Shown here in pieces: positions 57,971-64,000 of a stretch of DNA of 64,000 bases (its first letter is position 1; the number at the start of each line of letters is the position of its first letter). The notes beneath the pieces were generated by a model, which had not been told where the DNA came from, made no database searches, and saw nothing but the letters and a program-made list of their open reading frames with translations. Position numbers and translations under genes: made by a program. Source of the stretch: Escherichia phage sutha; the sequence record PV245934.1, one strand, 5' to 3'.

Positions 57971-58437
57971 TCAGCCTTATATTCAATAACAGGACATACT
58001 TTAGCTTTACGCGCTTTTAAAAATTCGACGATAATAGACTTCTTGGGTTGAATAGGAGGTAAACCTTTATACGCCCTATCAATATTTTCTACATGTAAAG
58101 CATAATCCTTTTTCCATTTATAATCTTTATAATCTTTATATTTTTCATGCAGTTGTGCAGGAATAACAAATGAACCAATAATAAGTAAAACAAGCAAAAT
58201 AGCAAGTATAAATGCTGATGGAATAAGAGTCCATAAACTACCAAAAATAAGCCATTTCTGCATGATTTCTGCGCAGATGATAGTTAGACCTGCTAGTATA
58301 GTACATCCGAAAAAAGAAACGAAAAATGTAGGAATAACAATAGACCAAAAATACGCGCACAGTGTCTTAGGTCGTTTCCATTCATCATTAAACATTTTGA
58401 ATAATTTATAGTGCCAAGAGCTTTCATTAATAATCAT
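57967..58437 (-). CDS. hypothetical integral membrane protein
   Basis: 156-aa ORF with several hydrophobic segments. Confidence 0.45.
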   Translation of the reverse strand: MIINESSWHYKLFKMFNDEWKRPKTLCAYFWSIVIPTFFVSFFGCTILAGLTIICAEIMQKWLIFGSLWTLIPSAFILAILLVLLIIGSFVIPAQLHEKYKDYKDYKWKKDYALHVENIDRAYKGLPPIQPKKSIIVEFLKARKAKVCPVIEYKAE

Positions 58438-58439
58438 AA

Positions 58440-58961
58440 TTATCCTTTCATTGAAGGTGTAACAGTTGTTAAATACTTAATCATAGCTTCAGCTTCTGAT
58501 TTTGATAATGAAATTTCTCCATTGTTTTGACGAATAGAAATAAAATCCGGATGACGGTCACCACCAGCTTTTAAAACACACATATAAGTATCAGTTTCAT
58601 CTTCAATATCTGAAATGATTGAAGCAGTTCCACATGAATGTGGTTTTTGATAAATCAATGCAGCTTTTCTTCCACCGTTTGACTGCTCATAGGCTTTTAA
58701 TACATCAAGCAAATCAGTTCTTTTATCAATAGCTAAGATGTTGTTTTCATCTTCAATGTTAAATCCTTCGGATACTTCATAAAGTGTCACCCATAAATCG
58801 CCAATATCAATGACAGCATTCACCTTTCCATGATTTTCAAGAGCATTACAAATTTTCTTGATTTCGTCATAACTCATTTTAATAATATCATCTCCTTGAA
58901 TAAGGAAGATGTCATTTTTAAATTTAACACGAATTAAACCACTTTCACTTGAAATAAACAT
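58440..58961 (-). CDS. hypothetical protein (paralog of next ORF)
   Basis: 173-aa ORF; shares FNIE and YL..V.P.M motifs with 58968..59501. Confidence 0.4.
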   Translation of the reverse strand: MFISSESGLIRVKFKNDIFLIQGDDIIKMSYDEIKKICNALENHGKVNAVIDIGDLWVTLYEVSEGFNIEDENNILAIDKRTDLLDVLKAYEQSNGGRKAALIYQKPHSCGTASIISDIEDETDTYMCVLKAGGDRHPDFISIRQNNGEISLSKSEAEAMIKYLTTVTPSMKG

Positions 58962-58967
58962 ATTTCC

Positions 58968-59501
58968 TCACTTTGAAATCATAGTTGGAATGACAGAATC
59001 AAGATAAGTCTTTAGCGCAATAGCTTCGTCTTTGGTAAATGTGACAATATGCGATCGAAAATCATCAATTTGGCGAATAGTTAAGACATCTCCCTCTTCA
59101 TAGCATTTTGATACATTTAAAAGAGTTTCATCATTCTGATTGCAAGCGTTAGTAATAATAGCATTGCAATTTTTAAGCCATTTTAAACTACGTTTTCTTT
59201 CATTAGAATAATAAAAATATTTAATCTTAGCTATAAAACTATCCCAATGGATAACTGATAAGCATATTGACTCGCTTTCAATATTAAATCCTGGGCATGA
59301 AGAATAAAAATGAATTTTATGCTCATCATTAATGCTTACAATTTTATCAGTATAAGGATTTTCAATTTGGGTTAAATGAATGATTTCACTAGGCGTAAAA
59401 TATAGCATATCGTCTTCTTGTGTCAAACGATACATATTATTTACTTTTTCTATAGCCAATTCACCAAAAAGTGAACTAACTTCTAATACTAATCGTTTCA
59501 T
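58968..59501 (-). CDS. hypothetical protein (paralog of previous ORF)
   Basis: ORF 58968..59522 trimmed to ATG 59499-59501 (SD AAGGA). Confidence 0.4.
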   Translation of the reverse strand: MKRLVLEVSSLFGELAIEKVNNMYRLTQEDDMLYFTPSEIIHLTQIENPYTDKIVSINDEHKIHFYSSCPGFNIESESICLSVIHWDSFIAKIKYFYYSNERKRSLKWLKNCNAIITNACNQNDETLLNVSKCYEEGDVLTIRQIDDFRSHIVTFTKDEAIALKTYLDSVIPTMISK

Positions 59502-59502
59502 A

Positions 59503-59781
59503 TTAATCCTTTTTATTGGCACGAATTTGTTCTAAAATTTTAGAGTATTCCTTTGTATCAGATTTACGTACAATCGATACACAATAAGGCATACTGTCGG
59601 TGTCTTTTATAAAGCGTTCCAAATGACACTCTAATAAAATTTCTGGATTATAAATCGTGTACATCAAATTACCTGTTGCTCCACGATATTGACAGATTTC
59701 TACTGATTGAACACCATTCCATAATTTTGTTAAGACCAAATCACCTACTTCTAATTTAGGAAAGCCCATGTTATTCACCAA
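59503..59781 (-). CDS. hypothetical protein (92 aa)
   Basis: ORF in array. Confidence 0.4.
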   Translation of the reverse strand: MVNNMGFPKLEVGDLVLTKLWNGVQSVEICQYRGATGNLMYTIYNPEILLECHLERFIKDTDSMPYCVSIVRKSDTKEYSKILEQIRANKKD

Positions 59782-59956
59782 TTAAAGTTTCAATATAAGA
59801 ATCAAGATTTACTTTAGCTTCTTCCATAAGAGTTTTGTATTTAATCTTGTTAGCATGTCCGGAGAAAGCTGATTCATCAATAATTGTTGATGTATGAACA
59901 GCTTTACTATACGTCTCAATTAATTCTCTTAATTTAAAAGCCTGCTCACTTGTCAT
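59771..59956 (-). CDS. hypothetical protein (61 aa)
   Basis: ORF in array. Confidence 0.35.
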   Translation of the reverse strand: MTSEQAFKLRELIETYSKAVHTSTIIDESAFSGHANKIKYKTLMEEAKVNLDSYIETLIGE

Positions 59957-60060
59957 TACATACTCCTCTGAATCATATCAATAATGTTGTTCACCAGATT
60001 ATAAGTAAACAAAGGATAATTATATTGAATCATCACATACACAACAAACAAAATTTTCAT
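59956..60060 (-). CDS. hypothetical small hydrophobic protein (34 aa)
   Basis: Hand translation MKILFVVYVMIQYNYPLFTYNLVNNIIDMIQRSM; SD GGAGAAG; TAATG overlap with next gene. Confidence 0.3.
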   Translation of the reverse strand: MKILFVVYVMIQYNYPLFTYNLVNNIIDMIQRSM

Positions 60061-60084
60061 TCTCTTCTCCTTGGCAGTTGACAA

Positions 60085-60119
60085 GATTACTATACCATAA
60101 CCTTGTCAACTTGTAAACC
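60085..60119 (-). promoter_or_regulatory. early promoter
   Basis: minus-strand reading gtttacaagttgacaaggttatggtatagtaat. Confidence 0.5.
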
Positions 60120-60283
60120 GTTAAATGACGTTTTCAATAAAATTCTGGAGTTTTGTGTGAGCATCAACCATGATTTTCATTTCTTCTTTTGCGAAAGCTG
60201 TACCTCTTTCCCGAGCAGAATACTCATAGTCAGAAACTGCATTAGCATATTCTTCAATTAGCTTCATTAAAAACATCTGCTTT

Positions 60284-60478
60284 TCAGTTTTCATTATTCC
60301 ACCTAATCATTTCAAGATATTGAACTAACTTAGCTTTAGATTTATCCAAATCCTTTTTAGCTGCTGCTATACCTTCGTATGAATATCCTTCACAATGCTC
60401 AACTGCCAATTGGTATGAATCTATTTCAACATCACGTACTAATTTAATGATTTTTTCAAACTGTTCGCGTGTCAGCAT
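60284..60478 (-). CDS. hypothetical protein (64 aa)
   Basis: ORF in array. Confidence 0.35.
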   Translation of the reverse strand: MLTREQFEKIIKLVRDVEIDSYQLAVEHCEGYSYEGIAAAKKDLDKSKAKLVQYLEMIRWNNEN

Positions 60479-60480
60479 AC

Positions 60481-60720
60481 TTAAACTCTCGTATTGTGAT
60501 CGATAATTTCATCAAGAAACATATCTAACGCTTCTAAAGCATTATCAACTTTAGCTTCAAGTTCTTCAGCGCCTTTATTTGCAATGCCTGTCGAAAACCA
60601 AGCAAAGTCACTAAGTTCCTCGTCTGCTTTGCGAATTAAAGCTACCAATTCTTTAATTTTATCTGCTTGTTCGATACTAATCATTATTCCACCACATATG
60701 AAAGAGAGAATATTGCACAC
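60481..60720 (-). CDS. hypothetical protein (79 aa)
   Basis: ORF in array. Confidence 0.35.
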   Translation of the reverse strand: MCNILSFICGGIMISIEQADKIKELVALIRKADEELSDFAWFSTGIANKGAEELEAKVDNALEALDMFLDEIIDHNTRV

Positions 60721-60917
60721 GCCATATGAGTTGCAGCTTCATCACACATATCATAACGTTTCTTAAGAAGTTCTACAAGTTCTTCACTGGTAACTTCATC
60801 CATGTCGACGAAAAAATCACCATTAATGATGACGTAGATATTTCCTTCTTGATTAAGTGCTTCAATTTTCATGATGTTCTCCTCTTTATCTGATAGTTGT
60901 ATAGTATCACAGCTCAA
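60684..60917 (-). CDS. hypothetical protein (77 aa)
   Basis: ORF with early promoter upstream. Confidence 0.35.
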   Translation of the reverse strand: MSCDTIQLSDKEENIMKIEALNQEGNIYVIINGDFFVDMDEVTSEELVELLKKRYDMCDEAATHMACAIFSLSYVVE

Positions 60918-60931
60918 ATGGAAAGTAAACC
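60888..60931 (-). promoter_or_regulatory. early promoter cassette (partial copy)
   Basis: + strand ctgatagttgtatagtatcacagctcaaatggaaagtaaac. Confidence 0.5.
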
Positions 60932-60945
60932 GGTAAAATGAAAAA

Positions 60946-60965
60946 AGTCTCCCGAAGGAGACTAA
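60946..60965 (-). terminator. stem-loop with UUCG tetraloop and U-tract after rI.-1
   Basis: + strand aaaaaagtctcccgaaggagact. Confidence 0.6.
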
Positions 60966-60967
60966 TG

Positions 60968-61354
60968 TTATTCGAGGGAAAGAAGATATTTACTTTGATA
61001 AAACATTCCAGTAATATCATCTATCGTACTTTGAATGGCTGGAGGCATTTCTTTGTAAATGCTGTTAGATTGGTCTAGTATGCGATCAATCATTTTAATT
61101 GTGTCGGTAGGAAGTTTACTGGCATCTGGAATAGAAGGTGTGTATTTTCTACCAGAATACCCCAAATATTGCTCACCAAATTTATCAATCAAATCTGGCA
61201 ACTCAGAGAAAATAAAATCGTATGCTTTGTGTCTAGCATAACTTTTAGTTTCAAAATGCGCAGAATGAAAATAAGCTTGTGCAGCCATTAATAAACCTAA
61301 GTATTCATCTGCCTTTGAAGGTTTTCCACTTTGTGAAAAGTCGCTGAATTTCAT
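60968..61354 (-). CDS. hypothetical protein rI.-1
   Basis: 128-aa ORF immediately downstream of rI. Confidence 0.45.
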   Translation of the reverse strand: MKFSDFSQSGKPSKADEYLGLLMAAQAYFHSAHFETKSYARHKAYDFIFSELPDLIDKFGEQYLGYSGRKYTPSIPDASKLPTDTIKMIDRILDQSNSIYKEMPPAIQSTIDDITGMFYQSKYLLSLE

Positions 61355-61644
61355 TCAGTCTCCAATTTAATGTTCATAATTCTAGCGTATGATTGTGCCA
61401 TCTCCGCGCCTCGCTCTATACATTCAAAATCGGAAGAGCACGGGTCATTTTTATAGGTCGTTCGCATAAAACTATAGAACTGTTCAGATGATTCTACGCT
61501 TTTATTTTCAAAAAGCATATAAACGTGTCTAATACCAGATTCCATAAATTTATCAAAATGAGGATCGACATTCGCTTCAATCGGTGGAGATAAAGCAAAC
61601 GCTAATCCTAGCATGGCAAATAGTGCCGTTGCTTTTAAGGCCAT
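61351..61644 (-). CDS. rI: lysis inhibition regulator rI (periplasmic antiholin)
   Basis: 97-aa ORF with signal-anchor MALKATALFAMLGLAFALSPPIEA; size equals T4 rI. Confidence 0.8.
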   Translation of the reverse strand: MALKATALFAMLGLAFALSPPIEANVDPHFDKFMESGIRHVYMLFENKSVESSEQFYSFMRTTYKNDPCSSDFECIERGAEMAQSYARIMNIKLETE

Positions 61645-61656
61645 AAAGGCCTCCTA

Positions 61657-61869
61657 TCATTTTTGTCCTGTATTTACTTTGTGCCGGTGCACGGCCTTAA
61701 CTTTATCAAGGTATTTTTCAAAATTTCGCAATCTAGTATAGTCTGCCGGAGATTGGTTGAGTGATACTTCTCGACGCAAAGCTGAAATGATATTTCCAAC
61801 TTCCCTACGAATTTCATCTAATTGAAGAACAGTAAGATTGCGAAGTTGCTTTTCAGTTAATTGTAGCAT
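61657..61869 (-). CDS. hypothetical protein rI.1
   Basis: 70-aa ORF between tk and rI. Confidence 0.45.
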
Positions 61870-61892
61870 ATATACCCCTTTAGTTAGATAAA

Positions 61893-61904
61893 CCTATTTA
61901 TAAC
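61893..61904 (-). promoter_or_regulatory. possible late promoter TATAAATA between tk and rI.1
   Basis: + strand tatttata at about 61895-61902. Confidence 0.35.
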
Positions 61905-61911
61905 TTTTGCA

Positions 61912-62493
61912 TTAACCGAGCTTTTTAGTTAATTCATTCCAATGTTTTCTACACAAAGAAACATAAATTTCATCACCAATACAGATTTGATCACCTTCTT
62001 TAACTGGTGTTCCATCTTCCATTAATCGAGCCGTCATAATCGTTTTTTTACCGCAATGACAAACTGCCTTTAGTTCAATAAGTTTATCTGCAATCGCCAA
62101 AAGTTCTTTAGAACCTTCAAATAATTTTCCGGCGAAATCAGTCCTTAGACCATAAGCCATAACAGGAACATTATATGTATCAACAATTCGACTTAATTGA
62201 TGCACCTGTTCAGTTTTTAAAAACTGGGCTTCATCTACAAATACACAATGAATATCTTTTTGTGCTTCAGCCCATTTATAGAACTCAAAAATATCCATAT
62301 CATCCGTAATAATATTCGCTTCCTGCTTAATTCCAATGCGAGAAACGACTTCACAGACAGAATCGCGAGTATCAATAGCAGGTTTAAGAACTAATACACC
62401 CATTCCGCGTTCTTTATAATTATGCGCAGCAGTCAAAAGAGAAGCAGATTTTCCAGCATTCATTGCTGCATAAGTAAAAATTAAACTCGCCAT
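61912..62493 (-). CDS. tk: thymidine kinase
   Basis: 193-aa ORF, P-loop YAAMNAGKS, C-terminal zinc ribbon; size equals T4 Tk. Confidence 0.85.
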   Translation of the reverse strand: MASLIFTYAAMNAGKSASLLTAAHNYKERGMGVLVLKPAIDTRDSVCEVVSRIGIKQEANIITDDMDIFEFYKWAEAQKDIHCVFVDEAQFLKTEQVHQLSRIVDTYNVPVMAYGLRTDFAGKLFEGSKELLAIADKLIELKAVCHCGKKTIMTARLMEDGTPVKEGDQICIGDEIYVSLCRKHWNELTKKLG

Positions 62494-62502
62494 ATCACCT
62501 TC

Positions 62503-62709
62503 TTAAAGCGTATTCACATAAGCTATTAATTCGTTTTCTTTCTTATCAAACCGGTCAGCAAATTCTTCTTGCTGTTCGGGAGATAGCGGGCCGTATTCAT
62601 CATAAAAGGTGTTTGCTTCTGTATGCTCATCTAGAAGTTCATGGATAAGCTCAAACAATTTATCTTTTTGTTCTTTACTCAGACTCATAACCATGTAACC
62701 TTTAAGCAA
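62503..62709 (-). CDS. hypothetical protein (tk.1 position)
   Basis: 68-aa ORF. Confidence 0.4.
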   Translation of the reverse strand: MLKGYMVMSLSKEQKDKLFELIHELLDEHTEANTFYDEYGPLSPEQQEEFADRFDKKENELIAYVNTL

Positions 62710-62897
62710 TATTCTTCTACATGTTGTTTACGACCTTTCCTATCAATAAAGGTATATTCAACGAATGTTCCAATATAGTCTTTATCTACATCATGAGGAC
62801 TATTAATTGGGCATTTAGTACGGCAAATGCGTTCCCATTGACGAATAATTTCTGCTTTGTTTTTAGGATCAAACGGATGCGGGTAATGTGCTTTCAT
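62685..62897 (-). CDS. hypothetical protein (tk.2 position)
   Basis: 70-aa ORF. Confidence 0.4.
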   Translation of the reverse strand: MKAHYPHPFDPKNKAEIIRQWERICRTKCPINSPHDVDKDYIGTFVEYTFIDRKGRKQHVEEYCLKVTWL

Positions 62898-63348
62898 AAT
62901 CCACCACTATTAAATCAATATCAGGAGTAAACATGTCGATTAATTTAGAAACCTTATCCCAATCACCGCCAGCAATACCGCAACCTATGCGTGGAATGTA
63001 AATTACTGGTTTAAACAAAAGGGTCTCTGCCTGTAGATTTAATTCTATCATGCAGTTTACTAAAGCACCATAATCAAGATTAGGACCCGGTTCGTATTGC
63101 GTATACAGGTTATAGCATATACCAAATCCCGTAGGACTATGTTTAAAAACAATAGACATATCGCCTAATTTATCGCGAGAACCGTACTCGGTAGTAGTTT
63201 TATCTATTTCTAAAATTTTAGGATAGGCCCTCGCTAATTGACCCGCTACACCTGAACCCATAGTATGAAAGCAGTTGCACCCGTGCGCAATAATATTACC
63301 TTGAAGAAATAGGGCGACAATATCGCCCTTGATATATTTTACAATCAT
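62869..63348 (-). CDS. macro-domain-like protein (predicted ADP-ribose binding/processing)
   Basis: 159-aa ORF; GNIIAHGCNCFHTMGSGVAGQL resembles macro-domain N-terminal motif (VVNAAN..L.GGGV.GAI), IPRIGCGIAGGDW resembles the distal P.IstG.yG motif. Confidence 0.45.
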   Translation of the reverse strand: MIVKYIKGDIVALFLQGNIIAHGCNCFHTMGSGVAGQLARAYPKILEIDKTTTEYGSRDKLGDMSIVFKHSPTGFGICYNLYTQYEPGPNLDYGALVNCMIELNLQAETLLFKPVIYIPRIGCGIAGGDWDKVSKLIDMFTPDIDLIVVDYESTLPASV

Positions 63349-63686
63349 CTAGTACTCAATCCTCGATTATAAGAATCTACCAAACGGTCAACCATTGAAT
63401 GACAAGCGGCTTTATCTTTCTCCTCCGCAACTGAACATTCTAAGGTATTCCACTTTTTAGCATATCGTTTTAATAAAGTATCGTTCTTGTATCTGCTTGA
63501 TTTATCTCTTTCTCCGTCTTTATATGCATATATTAATTTCTGCGCAAATTCAGCTTGGCATGCTTTATTTTTCCCACAATAATCCGCGGCAGTACGGTTT
63601 ACATACTCTCTAATTTCAGTATATGATGTATTTGCTAACGCAGAAAATGAAATTAATCCTATACATAAAACCAAAATTTTAGTCAT
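63345..63686 (-). CDS. hypothetical secreted protein
   Basis: 113-aa ORF with signal peptide MTKILVLCIGLISFSALA. Confidence 0.4.
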   Translation of the reverse strand: MTKILVLCIGLISFSALANTSYTEIREYVNRTAADYCGKNKACQAEFAQKLIYAYKDGERDKSSRYKNDTLLKRYAKKWNTLECSVAEEKDKAACHSMVDRLVDSYNRGLSTR

Positions 63687-64000
63687 TTACTATTTCCAAA
63701 AGTTTATTATTTTTAAGGTAGTTAGCCTTTTCTAGGACTTCAGAAGCATATTTAGAACCTGCTTTAACATTCCATCCCGAATTATAAGAGGATATCGCCT
63801 TTCTTATATCGCCCTTATGTATATTTAACCAATAAGAAAGTTCAATGTACGCCCAGGAAGCTGAATTGGACCGTTTATTCAACATTCTTTTTATTTCGGC
63901 ATCGGTCATATTATAACCAAGTTCCTTAACTCTTGCTCGCATAGTTGGCAAATAATTTTGGAACATTCCATAGGCATGATGTTTTGGTTTAGATTTTAAA
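63679..64000 (-). CDS. lytic transglycosylase (GH23/SLT)-like protein, 5'-truncated by window edge
   Basis: Frame is open from 64000; SLT-like motifs AYGMFQ and SSYNSGWN; ORF-track ATG at 63966 probably internal. Confidence 0.45.
   Translation of the reverse strand, partial: LKSKPKHHAYGMFQNYLPTMRARVKELGYNMTDAEIKRMLNKRSNSASWAYIELSYWLNIHKGDIRKAISSYNSGWNVKAGSKYASEVLEKANYLKNNKLLEIVND

Noticed and set aside
2952-60965. Possible CRISPR array from recurring GC-rich repeats (gggccgaagccc)
   Set aside because: Repeats are about 12-18 bp palindromes scattered kilobases apart, each after a stop codon, not regularly spaced direct repeats with spacers; they are UUCG hairpins.
1-64000. tRNA or rRNA genes
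   Set aside because: No cloverleaf-like segment with conserved TPsiC/D-arm features was noticed, and this region of a T-even genome is not where the tRNA cluster lies; not verified with a tRNA scanner.

Overview
The window reads as a contiguous segment of a T4-like (T-even, Tequatrovirus-type) coliphage genome. Almost every gene is on the minus strand in a tightly packed leftward array. Calls rest on my recollection of T4 protein sequences, lengths and gene order; no database search was possible. Left to right: an ac-like paralog, ac, stp, ndd, denB, rIIB, rIIA, an unsplit topoisomerase gene 39, the early region (goF, cef, motB, dexA, dda, srd, modA, modB, soc), the replication/recombination cluster (56, 61, 61.1-61.4, dmd, 41, 40, uvsX, a glycosyltransferase, 42, imm, 43, regA, 62, 44, 45, rpbA, 46, 47, alpha-gt, 55), nrdH/nrdG/nrdD, 49, nrdC, a block of hypothetical genes, rI, tk, a macro-domain protein and a partial transglycosylase gene running off the right edge. 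No rRNA, tRNA, CRISPR array or intron was seen. Non-coding signals are abundant: early sigma70-type promoters (-35 GTTTAC), a repeated promoter-leader cassette, and about 14 GC-rich CUUCGG-type hairpins. Most worth a second look: single-base frameshifts in uvsX and in a GIY-YIG endonuclease gene between nrdG and nrdD; the 56-61 gap, where T4 carries dam, holding only a plus-strand 66-aa ORF; a non-T4 glycosyltransferase at the beta-gt locus; and the nrdC-to-rI accessory block with a four-gene paralog family, a nucleotidyltransferase-fold protein and an AAA+ ATPase, plus a macro-domain protein near tk. I did not find a single clearly novel multi-gene system; the accessory-block genes are the best candidates.
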